Origin: Trypanosoma brucei
Taxonomy: Eukaryota
Direction of reading: 5' to 3'
Assembly (NCBI GenBank): GCA_000002445.1
Contig: CM000207.1
Span: 2,592,001 to 2,656,000, forward strand
DNA length: 64,000 nt
Shown one piece after another: positions 1 through 12,127 of the stretch. Position 1 is the stretch's first letter; every line of letters begins with the position of its first letter. Under the pieces are notes generated by a model, which saw only the letters and a program-made list of their open reading frames with translations, searched no databases and was not told where the DNA came from. The position numbers were made by a program, and so were the translations under genes.

Positions 1-1388
1 AACGCACATGGTAAACAAACATGGCTTTGTGCGAGCTGATGCCCTCCGGAGGATCAAATACGGCGATGCAACACCTGCAGTGGATATCCCCCCGGAGCCC
101 CCTCCAGTGGTGGCGATCGTTCCTCTACCATCGAGCACACGAGTCCCGATGAGACCGCAGGTACTTCATTGTACCATCTGTGCCTCCAAATTCGCAGTGC
201 CAGGCCGACTATTACACCACCTTAGAACAATACATGGTATAGGCAGCGGTAGTTGCCGCGTGAAAAGGGGGCGAGAGAACGAGGACTCAGTGCAAGGAGA
301 TGGTAGAGCCCCAGCAGCGCCAGTCTCTCAGGATACACGGAAGCTGCCGTTTCAATGTGACCTGTGCGAGGCGAGCTTCGGTACACGCTCTTCCCTGTCA
401 CTACACAAGAAATTCAAACATAAGAGCATAGTGACGGAGGACGGTACCGTAGTGGTGGTGCAATTCCCTCGTAAGCGTGCCCGTGAGGGAAACGTTGACG
501 CCACTGGGAAAGGAGAGGTGCAGTGTGGTGTGTGTCAAAAAGTGCTCAGTTGCAGGGACTCCCTCATCCGACATTGTAAGGCTTTTCACAAAGGTGAGGG
601 AGTCGAGCTTAAATGCAGCAAAAGCACAAAATTTTGTGCCACTGATTCCCCGCATACAAACACATCCATGTTGGTGTGCCCGACATGCGGAAGGCAGTGT
701 GCTAGCAAAACTGGCCTCACCCTACATCAAAATAAGATGCACGGTATGAAGGTAGAGCGCGCTGTTACCAGCCAACGCGGCGACTGCGAAGAAACGTCGC
801 TGCACTTGATGAGCTGCCCCGGTTTGAAGGAGTTACGTGTCAGGTTTGCGGTAGAAGGTGAGTGTGTGCAGGATGTATGTTTCTCTAAAAGGCTGGCGCA
901 GTTTCTCATTGCGGTTGAACGGAACCTGCCGCAGGTGAAGTCCTCACCTAAGGTAACAGTCATACAACCCACTCTCCCTTCTGCAACTTCCCCCCTTATT
1001 GCCGAGTGTGGAGCTAGCAGGAAAAGCACCGGACGCAGGAATAGTCCAGACACCCTCAGAGACAGAGAGGGTATGCAGTCAACAAGCAACAGGAACAGAA
1101 AGAGGGGGAGAGAATAATAAACGAATAACAAAAATCAAAACAAAAGGATTGCTAATTGACATCTTTTGGAGAGTCCGGAGTGGGAGGCTTCTCGCCCCAT
1201 CTGCTGTATTCCGTTCAACTGCGGAGCTACAACAAAAATTATAGAGGGTGTATTAGGCCGAAAAAAAAAGGGAGACTCTGCCACAGTCGCCAGACCGATA
1301 GCATCTCAGGGCTCTACGGTGATGGCTGATGGCCGCGCCAGTGGGGGGAAACTCTCACGAAGGCACGAAGAAAATTCAAGAAAAAAAT
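1..1388 (+). mobile_element. ingi non-LTR retrotransposon, 3' portion (5' end lies outside the window); ends in a short A-run at 1382-1388
   Basis: Bases 2-1117 encode a protein about 96% identical to the C-terminal 369 aa of the full-length ingi ORF at 15918-17032. Its 3' UTR (1118-1388) is collinear with 17033-17308. Confidence 0.9.
2..1117 (+). CDS. ingi ORF, C-terminal part (four C2H2 zinc fingers), partial at the window edge; the first Met at 8 is not a real start
   Basis: C2H2 finger motifs are visible (HCTICASKF...HHLRTIHG; FQCDLCEASF...HKKFKHK; VQCGVCQKV...HCKAFHKG; CPTCGRQC...HQNKMHG). It is the same frame as copy 2. Confidence 0.85.
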   Translation, partial: THMVNKHGFVRADALRRIKYGDATPAVDIPPEPPPVVAIVPLPSSTRVPMRPQVLHCTICASKFAVPGRLLHHLRTIHGIGSGSCRVKRGRENEDSVQGDGRAPAAPVSQDTRKLPFQCDLCEASFGTRSSLSLHKKFKHKSIVTEDGTVVVVQFPRKRAREGNVDATGKGEVQCGVCQKVLSCRDSLIRHCKAFHKGEGVELKCSKSTKFCATDSPHTNTSMLVCPTCGRQCASKTGLTLHQNKMHGMKVERAVTSQRGDCEETSLHLMSCPGLKELRVRFAVEGECVQDVCFSKRLAQFLIAVERNLPQVKSSPKVTVIQPTLPSATSPLIAECGASRKSTGRRNSPDTLRDREGMQSTSNRNRKRGRE

Positions 1389-4300
1389 TTAGCTGTTGTT
1401 GGTAGTGCCATAACTGTCGGCTCTGCGGTCTGATAATGCTGATTTGCTGCTGAGATTAGACCGCTGATCTGCACTCCTAGAGCTGTCGCCTCCGCTGTTT
1501 TCGCTGGTATTTCGTCTAGTATTTTAGCTGCTTCTTCTAGTTTTGAGGCCCATGGTTTATTTACCCCCACATCTCTCTGGTTGCCGCGTAATATTTCGTG
1601 TACTTTATGCATAAGTTGCTGGTCGCCCCGCTATTTAATGTGGCAGCTTCGGCTCCTAGTAAATGTTCTACTGTCTTTCCCTCCTTTGCTGTTTGCACGC
1701 GGGCTTCTAGGCTTGCTATGACTAACATGATCACTGTCCCTGTGTGTTTGCTGCTTTCGCCTCTGTGGCGCCAGCCTTTTACTTTTGTTTCGGCTGCTAG
1801 CGGCGCGCTTCCCCAACCTACAGAAGTTCCTGTATTTTTGTATTTGTCGCTGTTTCGACCAGCAGAAAGCCAGAAGTGCCAAAGAATGTCGTTCCAAACT
1901 GACATGCTTGCATTTTCCGCGGACTCCGAGGTCCAGGCAGTTGCTTGCTAGAGTGTTTTGGTCGTCTCGGCTTTGAAGTCAGTTGCTCCTTCGCCCTACA
2001 GCGCCTCTGAAATCTTTTCCTTTCGGCCTTGCTTAACCCTGTCGATATTTCTTGTTTGAGCCTGGTGTAGGTGTTGCCAAGTGGTTGCAAGCCGTTTAAC
2101 GTGTCATTTAAATTTTTTTCAGCAGTTATTCTTGCCCAGTTTTCGATTAGTCTCGGATTTTTTTGTAGCGAGGCCTTTCCGTTTACGGGTTTGTTTAGTT
2201 TTGTTTCTGCTCAACCCATTTGTTCCACTTTGTTACCCAGTTTTTTTAGGTTTTCCTCTTTGTGTTTTGTTTTCCCATTTACTGTTTGCCCCTCAGCCTT
2301 CGAATAAGCTTTGTCAGTCCTGGCTGCTGGTTGACATATTCATCTGGTTTAGATTCTCGATGTCAGCGGTGAAGTCGACGACTGCGGTGGGCTGCTCCCC
2401 GCCTGCTCCCTGAATGTTGACGAAAGTGCAGTGCAGCCCGAAGTCTGCCGCATCCTTCTCTTGCAGAGTGACTTCTCTGCGGCGTAAAGAAAGCAGCGCC
2501 GCCGTAATGGTCGTTGCTAAAAAGCTTCGTGCATTGTCGTTGCTATTTGGTAGTTGAACCGGGTTCTGCCGCTTATGTTGTGAAGGTTGCTTGTGGTCTC
2601 TGCTGTCACTCACTCGGTATAGGTTTTTAAAATCCGAAAAATTGGAAGAAATATGGCTTCCATAATTCGTATATTGCGTCGGCAAAAAACATTTGGTCTG
2701 GTGGGAGAGATAGCACTTTATTCAACAATTCACCTTTTTCTTCTTTTTATATTTAAAATATCTGTTTTTTTTAACGGTCTCCGCGAGTGACTCTGAAAGT
2801 GTCTGCTAAAGTTATGGTGCATGTGCCGCCTGCGCTGTTCGGTCATCTATGGATTGCATTGGTGCACAAAACTCGCTTTCAAAATCCATGCAGAGTACAT
2901 GTTGATCCCTTATCTGCTCTGCTTCCCTTGGGAACTTATTTGTGAACCTGGCTCTGTTGTGCCTTGCGTATGGTTGAAAACTTCGCCTATTCACTACGTG
3001 TCATGGTATAGTGGATTGTAGGCTAGTTGTTAAAACTGCTTTGTTTTTTCCTTCTTTGGTTCTTGTTGTCCGATATGGTCTGTTTTTTGTGGCTGTTTGT
3101 GGTTTTCTATCTGGTTGCATCTCCTCTTCTTGCAGGTTGAGCTGGTATTTAAATTCCCCTCATGTGCTTGTACCATTATTGGTTAGCATTATCAGCGTCA
3201 TTAATTTCGGCGTTTGCTATTCTACCGCTGAAAAGCCGTTGTATCCTCGGAGTTTTTCAGAGTGATAAGAGCCAACACTGTTTAAGCTGGCGACAGCGTA
3301 CAGAGTTCTCTTTTGCTCTGATCATTGCTTTCTCTTCCTCTTGACATTTTTGTGCTAGTAATTTGCTTCAAGAGAACGAAAGGTGGCGTGCGAGGTTGAT
3401 TTTGGATATCATTTGTTGGTCCTCAACGGTTGAAAAAAAGGAGCACGTACCACTGCTGTATTTTATGCTATGACGATATAAAATGCAAGCAGTTACACTA
3501 CATTGTTTGCAGTTTATAATTCCGATCCATATTGACCTATATTTGTATCGAAAAAAGATTTAAATTTATTGTGTTTTCTCTACTCTATCAGCTTCAAAAA
3601 TGCGTGACAGCTTTTGACTCAAAATAAAAAATAATGCTTTTTGTTTCTCAAGAACTTGAGTGGCCTTTTGGTTTTTTCCTGAGTTGTACGCGACAGTATT
3701 TAAGCTCCCTTTTAAGTTTAAGTAATTTAGTCCACAAAGCTGCATTTGCTTTATTGATTTGCACCATTAGTTTTGCGTCAGAAATAACGCTTAAATTAAT
3801 TAATCGCTCTCTGAAAATTTTTAGTGTCTGTCCAGTATACCCACATGGAACTGTTGTTGTTTTATGACAAATTTTTTTACTTCATAAACCTCTTACAACG
3901 GCACATAAATACTACACATTAACAATTTTCGCTTTTTTATTTTTATTTTGATGTCTTTAAAAATTTTAAAATAACATTTTCCTTAAAATTTTTCTTGATA
4001 ACATCATATTGTTACCCACGAATATCTTCGACTGTTAGTATATCCAATGACAAGAAAAACTTCAAAATAACATCAAACTTACCTAATCCCTTCTGCCATA
4101 TTCTTTTGTTTCTGAACATTTTTATTTACAGCTGGATGTTTGGATCCACTATAAGATCAAAAAATACAGTTTACACCATCTTTGGCTTTTTCTATCCTTT
4201 TTCAGTTAAATATGGAGCAAAATCTCCACCTGCGTAATTTGCTTCTTTTATGTGCTGTTGCGCATGTCTTAGCTTCATGCTGTACTTACTTTCCTCTTTT

Positions 4301-4669
4301 TTGTTTTCTGTTGCTTTTGCGTGTAGTGTACCGCCTTTATTTTGTTTGCGAGGTCTTCCACTTTGTCATTTCTCTGGAAACCGCAATGCAAAAACACAAA
4401 CTGAAACGACATGGATACTCTCAGTTTCATGAAGTGTATGATCAGATCCTAAATGCGTCGTAGCATGGTATCTGTCACTTCTGTAGGATCCGTTTTAAGT
4501 GCCATTAATAAAGATAACATGTCTGTAAATATTGCCACTTTCGTTTTTATGCTCTCGTTGATCTTTATTACTGTTTTGAGTTTCATAAGTCCTGCATCCA
4601 TGGCTACACACTCGGCTCTGTAGCTTCATGCTAACCTGACTGCTCCTTTTTTCACTTTTACCGCATTAC

Positions 4670-7530
4670 CTTGTCAAGGATGTATTATCGCGGCGGCACC
4701 AGAGGGTTCGTCCAGTATCACTGACCCATCTGTCCACACTTGGTAATTGTAGTCTTTGAGTTTACGTAACTTTTGAATTGTGTGTCTTTTCTCGCTGTCG
4801 GAGGCATCAGAATGGAGACCATCTGGTGCTGTAGTGTTGAGGTATGGTCTCCTCGCCAGTTGCAATGCGCTTGCCGTGTGTGGTTCCTCCGGTTCGTCTA
4901 CTTCCTCATACAAGTATGACACATTCTCCAGGAGCGTGCATATCATATGACTAGGTGGGAAGATTCTTTCCACTGTGTCGGATGATGCCTTACTATTCGC
5001 CTTCCTTGTTCAATAGTATTATATTGCTCGTCTATGAGTAATATAATCTATCTGGTGAAGGAGGGCCTCCTTTATGACAACATGCCTGCTCGCTTACGTT
5101 GGAACACCCGCAATAACATGTGCCTCCTGCGCTTGCACTCGTTCAAGCTGCTTTTTGTCTGATTGAAAGGCATTGAACCACCATGCCGCAATACCATAGC
5201 ATAATTTTTCCTGGATTAAGGCTAAAAAAAAATGCTCTAACACTTTCTTTACTCGCTCCCTATTCAGGTGATGCAACAGCCCTTAGTTTCATTAATCTCA
5301 TAGTTGCTGCTGTTTGCAGGGTGTGAGCATTTTTTCTTACTCAGTCCTTTGTTTGGCTGCATTGTCACCCCAAGGAGTCTGTGGTTTCTTGTCTAATTTA
5401 ATCTGCGCTCTCCTAGAAATAAGTGTAGTGAGTCGCGGTCTCTCACCACAAAGAACATGTATTCCGCTTTTTCTGAAGACACATCCATACAGTCCTCTCC
5501 TAACCAGCTCACTATACAATACATCCCTGTTTGTACCGTCTGCCGAATAGCTTCCTGGTCAGTTTTAGAGCGTACTATCGTGAGGCCGTTTGCGAAGAAG
5601 CAGTATTTAAGGACTGTCATGGCATTTAGTTTCGCACTGAGAGAGTCCATTGCGATAATGAATAGCAACAGCCCCAACACGGAACATTGTGGAACACCAC
5701 ACGTGAGTTATATTTTCTTTGAGAGGGATGTTGTTTATTCGTACTACTTTAGTCCGTCCCTCAAGGAAATTTGCAACCCATGCAATAAAGTGCATGCCTA
5801 TCTCATATCTTTTTAGTGCATCCATTATGCACCCGTGATACACAGAGTCAAATGCCCTCGCATAATCTGTGAATACCGCTGCAGCTGTTTCTCCTGCTAT
5901 TCTATGTGTCACGAAGTCTGTGAGTGCCATCAGGGCCTCTAACTTAGACCTCCCTGGACGAAAAGCGGATTTCTGTAGTTGCGCCTTACATTCTACCGTG
6001 TCTCGTATGCGTCTCGCTACAATCCTTTCTATTAGCTTACAGAGAGTGCTATTGAGCGTGATGAGCCGGAATGATGACATACACTTGGCAGGTTTGTTGT
6101 TCTTGAGTAGTGGGACGATAACTCCATGCTTCCATTTCTCCGACACCCGGTTTCTCTGTAGGCTACAGTTGAATTGCTTGAGGACACGTTTCTTGCTACA
6201 GCGTCCTAATTGCTTCAACCATTCACAATGTATATTGTCCTTACCGGAGCAAGTGCCTGAAGAGAGTTCCTTCAGTTCTGTCTCAAGTTTTGCAATCGTT
6301 ATTAGTGCGAATTCTCCACTCACTCGTTAACGTGTACTCATGTGAAGAGCATCTGGTGCTTTTGTCGACCTCTCTCGATACATCTGTGCTAGTTTATTAA
6401 CTTGCTGTCTACATGTTAAAATGTGGTCGTTTACTACCAGAACCGGAGATGTCAGTGGATTCGATGCGTCAATGGACTTAACTAAATTCCAACTTTTTGT
6501 ATCGGTCACTGACATATTTGACACATTTTTCTTCCACCGTTGTAGGGATTTTTCAGCGAGAACCTTCCTTCTCTTGTATATAAGGGAACCTCTCTGTGCT
6601 TTTAACTTGTATATTCTTTTATTGTTGTGTCAATACGGTCAGTTCTCGTGTCCAAAACGGTGGCGATTCTTCCTTACCTTTCTGTGTTTTTTCTTTGTTG
6701 CTGTGCGAATGCCTTTAGCCACAGCCTCATTCATAGGATCCACATTCTTTCTTGATTTCCTTAATTTTTACACCATTGTTACACTATACACTTTTCTAAA
6801 CTTCCGTCAATTTGCTTTGTTGCAAACATAAAACACCTTTAGTGGCTTTGTAATGGCGATAATTTCTACACCAATCCCAGTACACACCTCGAACGGTTAT
6901 CCGGTAGTGGTGACTATCTGGACTGAGTTTTATCTCCCATCTTGTGACTTCGCAGTCTCTGTACATCGTAACGTCGGGAGACGACCTGGTTTCCATGTGA
7001 GCCGTTCTTCTCGTTGGTGTTCCATCATTTGCAATTTTGATATCATTTTGTATACATCAGTCTACAATGCATTCTCCTGCTGTATTATTGGGGCGAAGCG
7101 GGTCCCATAAGTTATGATGTGCGTTGGTATCGAATCCTATTATTAGTGATACAGTTCAACTTTGAAGGCTTTCAAGCGTGGAGTTAGTGACATTTTTGTT
7201 CTGTGGGAAGTAAGCTGATTTGACAGTTAAAGTTGTATCAGATGAGGACATCAGTGTTGCCGAGACTCTTTCCGGCTGTCTTTCCGTCCTACGGACATTG
7301 GATGACTCCCACGCCATCTTTGATTATAATGGAAACATTGCAAAAATGTGGAGAGCGTGCCATTTCCATGTGTTTGTATCCACTAATTTTCAATGCGCAG
7401 TATTCTTTTGCTGCCAAGTGAGTCTCCTGCAATAAACAAAAAAATACCATATCCTCGTGGAGCTTCTTCTCAAGGCCATTCGCTTCACCTTGGAGCAACC
7501 CCCAGAATTCCACTGGAATGCACAAATCAT
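4670..7530 (-). mobile_element. Degenerate ingi-related non-LTR retroelement (DIRE-like); coding region broken into several ORF pieces; boundaries approximate
   Basis: Minus-strand ORF pieces align to the ingi ORF in this window in collinear order at roughly 35-60% amino-acid identity. 7289-7525 matches the APE endonuclease N-terminus (EFWGLLQGE...CLLQETHL vs MQWNCAGLSQGK...CLLSETRM). 6796-6996 matches the endonuclease C-terminus (SPDVTMYRDCEVTRW...SPDSHHY vs TPDVTLSRNCTVYTW...SPDSDHH). 5607-6323 matches RT motifs (FRPGRS, FTDYARAFDSV). 5393-5680 matches the RT C region. 5094-5276 and 4674-4973 match the RNase H start (YQVWTDGSVILDEPSGAAAI vs YELWTDGSVSLGEKSGAAAL). Confidence 0.7.
5607..6323 (-). 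pseudogene. Reverse-transcriptase domain fragment of the DIRE-like element
   Basis: A 238-aa ORF carries RT motifs (LITLNSTLCKLIERIVARRIRD, FRPGRS, VFTDYARAFDSV) and is homologous to ingi RT residues about 520-700. Confidence 0.7.
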
Positions 7531-7858
7531 GGGACAGGGATCCTGTTCCATATCTCCGTTAAGAAGTAGTAGAAGCCGATGTATCTCAACTAAGGCACGC
7601 CTGCACATGCAAAGGAGCAATCTAATATATTTATTCACTCCAGAGTGCCGATGCTGCTACTTTCTCCTTTTTTGGTCGCTGAAAGCCTGTTACCAGCCCC
7701 AATCCTGTTGAACTATGTATAATGCGTGCACTTGGCTTCATCCTGGACGAAGTAATAGACCCTGGAACTACGATGAGGTGGCCGACGTCACCAGCGATAT
7801 TTCATAATTTTTATAAAATTCAGCAAATAAATTTTTGACAATAATCCTTAAAAGAAAT

Positions 7859-9300
7859 TCAAAACAGAAAGCTCATAAAATATGCAGCAATTAAAGAAAA
7901 CTTCTTATTTACAGGAAAATTGGGATCTTTGCAAGTGCTACTTTTCGATTTACAACTGATGTCCTTTTCGCAAGTTCCTTTGTCTGTTCGATGTTTTGAA
8001 CATTTCTCTTCGTTTTTGTCGCCTCCTTGAGCTTTCGCCTGTGCACCTTGTTGTTCTTTTGCCTTTTCGGATATAATAAGCATTTCTTTCTTTATAAGCT
8101 GCACTTTCGTCCCATTTTCATGGTGGTTTGCATGGCGAGTTATTCATGTTGGAAACCTTGCACGCTTGTTCTTTAGACACTCGTTGCTTTGCGGAAGGAC
8201 TTGTCGTTGTTCTGGCCCCTTTAATTTAGTGTAGAACCAAAAAACCGTGTTTTCTAGGGCTGCCGACCGGGAAAGTAACGTCTTCGTCGCTTCTTTTGTA
8301 GGTAGGTGCGCCGCGTTTCTGTTTATGTGGTCAATAGCTCTAGCTCTGGTGTTATTTGGCTAAGCCACGGCGTGTCCGTGTCACTTGTTACTTGTCCTGG
8401 AAGTTTGCCGTTCCATTTGTAGCATCCTTCCGTTTCTCTGTTGGCCGTCACACGAGTTTTTGAATGCCCCAGGTAAGAATTAGTGTCATCTCTTGTGACG
8501 TATTTCACGACGTCTTTTAATATTTCTGTTGGTGAACTTGCCAGTGCATTGGTGTCGCCGTCCGCCATGCCCTTTTTAAACACTTTTTGTATTAGACAGT
8601 CTGTCGGTTCAGCGTTATCCGCCCAGTCCACCGTGGCTCTGACACCTTTTCAGCACGTGTGCTGAGTTTCGCCTGATTTTGAGCCGCACACACGGGCTAG
8701 TGCTGCTGCTAGCCCTTTTGTTTTGGCATCGTTTATTGTCTGTTGCGCTGCCCTCAGTCGACTGTGCGTGAGCTGTGATTTGCTTAGTATTGGTACTAGC
8801 ACCGTTAGAAATTTCCTTTTATGCGCCGCAGTCAACTTGGCAGTTGCAGCCTTCAAGTCGTTGTGATTATTTGCTTTTATCTTATCCAGTGGTTTTGCGC
8901 CTTCTGGCCAATTGGTGTAGAGGCTGTGCTACGGTTTTGTCTCCTTCAAAGTCTCTGGTGATTGATTCTGACAACTTTGCTTGTCGTCTTTGTGTTTAAA
9001 AACCTGCAAAACTGATGCGTTCGCAGTACTGAGGTTTAAAGCGTGCAGTTTGTTGAATGCTTCTGACTCAGTTGTCGTCGCAGTAGACTGTTTATAACTA
9101 GTTGTTGCGGCTGCCGCTAGCTCGCAAAGCCGTCGGGCCGCTTCCCTGTTGCCTACCGCTGGCACGGTTTCTGTTACCTGTCTTGATTCAAAAATAAACG
9201 CTGTTGTCAATAATACTGCTTGCTTTTCTCACATCATCCCTTGCTTTCGACTTGTGCTGGTGAAGGTGTGCAGTTTGGGATATCATCGTGTTATTGCAGC
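7859..9300 (-). pseudogene. VSG: VSG pseudogene (fragmented)
   Basis: ORF 7859-8104 ends in a VSG C-terminal domain plus GPI-signal-like tail (CKDPNFPVNKKFSLIAAYFMSFLF). Upstream pieces 8323-8631, 8650-8856 and 8929-9210 are in different frames and no signal peptide is present. Confidence 0.55.
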
Positions 9301-10029
9301 GGAATGCACCACATGTTCATTTGGTAAAAAACTGCAGTTCCTTTGACTTCCTGTAGCTGCACGTACTGATCTTCGCACTCCTATTTCAGTTAATATCCAC
9401 TTTAAACAAAGTCTAATATACTTTTACGATCTAAATACATATTTCCTTTTAATTCTCTTTATTTTACACTCAACTATGTAAACCACAGTCATTCTATTAT
9501 TTTTGATTCATCCTGTTTTTAACAATCTTAAAAGGAGAATCCGCCATCATATTTAAAATTTCAGTCGCCCCCATCATATATACAATAGTATCTATCCATC
9601 TTTGAGTAAAATAAACTGCGTTAGTATCTTCAGTATTATTTTCTTCTGTGCTGTGCTGCGCTGTCGGGAATCTATCCGTTACATTCTGTATTTCCTTTCC
9701 ACCTTTTAGTTTTCTGTCACTGTTTCTGCGGAAGGTTTGGCGACTCCATTTGGCTTGTATGCTGCACTTCGTCTCTTCATTGTTGCTTCCTTGGTCACAT
9801 CTTTATGTATTATAATGACAATTTCTATCTTTGTGTTTAAACTTGCGCATATTCCATTTCCTTGTTTCTATCTGTTTCTGTCTTTTTACTTGTCTTCAAT
9901 AATAATATTCCACTCGCTCTCTAACGCTCTCCATCCCTCTTCCACCCACCGTCAAGTTAGGTACTTAGTCAAATTTTACTTGTCCCACTTTTTTTGGCTA
10001 CCTCTATTTTGGATTTACAGTAATTTTAT

Positions 10030-10085
10030 TCTACAACTCATATTATAATATCAGTATATACATGCACTTTCAACACACTTATATG
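10030..10085 (-). repeat. Degenerate 70-bp-repeat-like element
   Basis: attataatatcagtatatacatgcac...cacactt partially resembles the 70-bp core seen elsewhere in the window. Confidence 0.3.
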
Positions 10086-10267
10086 TGCTTAGTGTTACTA
10101 TTTTTTTTGCCTAACTGGTGGCCATAAAATAAACCAAATTAAAAAATCTTCGTTATATCTCTCACTTTTCATCCCTTCACACGCTACTGATTTACAGCTT
10201 TACTCCATGTTCATACCAAAATTCCATGTTTTTAAGTATTTCAAAATTTTTATATTTTCATCTAAAA

Positions 10268-10283
10268 GTGTTAAAATATATTA
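10268..10283 (-). promoter_or_regulatory. VSG 3' UTR conserved 16-mer (15/16 match to TGATATATTTTAACAC on the minus strand)
   Basis: The plus strand reads gtgttaaaatatatta, about 100 bp 3' of the VSG pseudogene stop. Confidence 0.6.
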
Positions 10284-10361
10284 AATTTAACAAAAGTTTA
10301 CCAAATTATTTTAAGATGGAAGTTTCATAAATTTCATAAAGTTAGCAAATCAAAAAAATAT

Positions 10362-11852
10362 TTAGAAGCTTTTTATTATAGAAGCAAAAATTCCAGTCAA
10401 AGAGGGTCCTTTACTAGAACAGATTTGCTTCCTGTGGTGTTTGAGTTTGTGCTTGTTTTTGTTGTTGTTGTTTGTGAAGAGTATTTTCGCATTTGCTCTC
10501 TCCGTCATTATATTTGCACCCAAGTTTCTTGTTGCAAGAATCTTTTTCTTCACCTGTGCACTCCTCTTCCTTTACTTGGTTTTGGGGTGTCGCTTTAGTT
10601 GCTTTTTCTGCTCTCTTCGCCGCTTCACCTGAAAAATAGGCCAAGGTTAGGGCGTATTTTTCTGTTTCCACGGCCTCTTTAACGCTTGTTTCCACTGTTG
10701 TGTCGCCTCTTGTAAACTTTATGTTTCTGTCGTCCACTCCTATGAAAAAACATCCTTTAGTTGTTTACCTGTGCCACCAAGTATCTGTTGGACTTTCTTT
10801 TTGCGTTCACCAGCGTCTTGTTTTAGGGTAGTAACATCCGTTGTTGTTGTGAGAAGTATCGTCTGTATGTCGTTGTCGCTGGCGAGCTCATCCACTGTTT
10901 CGTCCTGTAGTGTCTTCACTTTGGGGGACGAGCCCCGTTTTAGTGTACAGATTGCATTGGCTATCGCCTCGGCTGTTGTTAAGAAGTGGTCGCTGTTATT
11001 GTCTGCGGCTACACAGCTTGCGCCGTCTAAGAGTTTGATGTCCACTGGTTGTAGGGTTTGCTTGTGCAGGGCCGCTGATGCAAACGCTACACCGTTGCTA
11101 ACGCTTGCTGCTTGTGCATTGTCGCCGCAGCCGGCCTTGCTGTTGTGCTGTGCCTTGCTGCCTGCTGGCGTTCCTTTGTGCTAGACTTCTATTTTGAGGT
11201 CGGGGAACGCGAAGTCAGTGATGGGCGTCAGTTTCACTTTGGTTATCTTGGCCAGGTCTGTTGCTGCGGCTGTTAGCTTATTTTTTGAGGCAGTTGTTAC
11301 TTCGCATCGTTTGGTTGGAGTCGCTGCCAGTTTCGCCCGCGCCTGGCACTTGCCAGTACCGGTCGTAAAGTATTTGTTGCTGTCGTGCTCTTTGGCTTTC
11401 GACTCCGAGAATTTTGCCGTCTCTGTCGCGCCCATCCGCTGTAGCGCGGCGATGTTTCGTTGCCTTTTTGCCAACAGCGCCACGGCTGCGCCGAGCGTCT
11501 GTTGATGCTTATTGATGTCTTTTAGGACCGCCGCAGCTCGCTGGCTTGCTAGCGAAGCGAGGACTCCAGCTAGTATTGACCTCATGCCTGGCGAGGATTT
11601 TGCCGCCGTTAGTGTTAGCATTCGTTGTTCTTTTGAAAGCTCGCTAGCCCTCGTAATCAGGTCGTTCTCTACTTGTCTGTAGTGTTTTCTCACCGCCTCT
11701 AACCACTCGCCTTCGTCGCACGGAGTTTGGATGGCGTCCACTTTTTCGTCGGAGTCCGCTGCAGTCGCAGTTGCCAGCAGTAGTGCCATCAACAACGCTG
11801 GTGTGAGACCGAGTGTTTGTCGGCGTGAAAATAATACCTTAGTCTTTAACAT
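10362..11852 (-). pseudogene. VSG: VSG pseudogene (frameshifted)
   Basis: ORF 11181-11852 has a signal peptide and an a-type N-terminus (MLKTKVLFSRRQTLGLTPALLMALLLATATAA...). ORFs 10740-11045 and 10414-10737 continue the body in other frames. The C-terminus is Cys-rich but lacks a hydrophobic GPI signal. Confidence 0.75.
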
Positions 11853-12038
11853 TGATTTCTGAGTTGTCTTTCCTTGTCCGGTAGTTTGTCAAGGTGGAGG
11901 AAATTAGCGGTATTTGATTTCTTGGGCTGCATCTAGTTTGTGGTGCTAATTTATTATGGTTGTAGCTGTGTGAAGATAGCTTTCCGTTCAGACACACGCT
12001 AGTTTAAATTCTCTGGTTGGTTTTTTCTGCGGGTTATC

Positions 12039-12050
12039 TTTGTTTGAAGC
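12039..12050 (+). repeat. Target-site duplication (5' copy) of the ingi insertion: TTTGTTTGAAGC
   Basis: An identical 12-mer sits immediately 3' of the ingi A-run at 17309-17320. Confidence 0.85.
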
Positions 12051-12127
12051 CCCTGGCGATGCCGGCCACCTCAACGTGGTGCCATGGTCCAGTACCCCGT
12101 ATCATCGGGGGAAGCCAAGAGCCAGCA
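12051..12127 (+). promoter_or_regulatory. Conserved about 77-nt 5' signature of ingi/RIME (homologous to the L1Tc Pr77 internal promoter)
   Basis: The sequence ccctggcgatgccggccacctcaacgtggtgccatggtccagtaccccgtatcatcgggggaagccaagagccagcaacg is present. Its role as a promoter is established knowledge for this family, not something visible here. Confidence 0.55.

Noticed and set aside
8-1117. The ORF track presents 8-1117 as a complete 369-aa protein starting with Met
   Set aside because: The reading frame is open from base 2 and is collinear with the C-terminus of the 1671-aa ingi ORF. The Met is internal (…AVTHMVNKHG…). The gene is truncated by the window edge, not a stand-alone zinc-finger gene.
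2700-4600. AT-rich 2-kb stretch with many short hydrophobic ORFs (e.g. 3011-3265, 3995-4237, 4182-4463)
   Set aside because: T-rich low-complexity sequence yields Phe/Leu-rich ORFs by chance. There is no conserved domain, no periodicity and no repeat structure to support genes.
12017-12058. The extra 14 N-terminal codons (MVFSAGYLCLKPLA) of the ingi ORF starting at 12017
   Set aside because: They lie in flanking DNA, upstream of the element's 5' boundary at 12051 and overlapping the TSD. They are almost certainly a fortuitous in-frame extension rather than part of the ingi protein.
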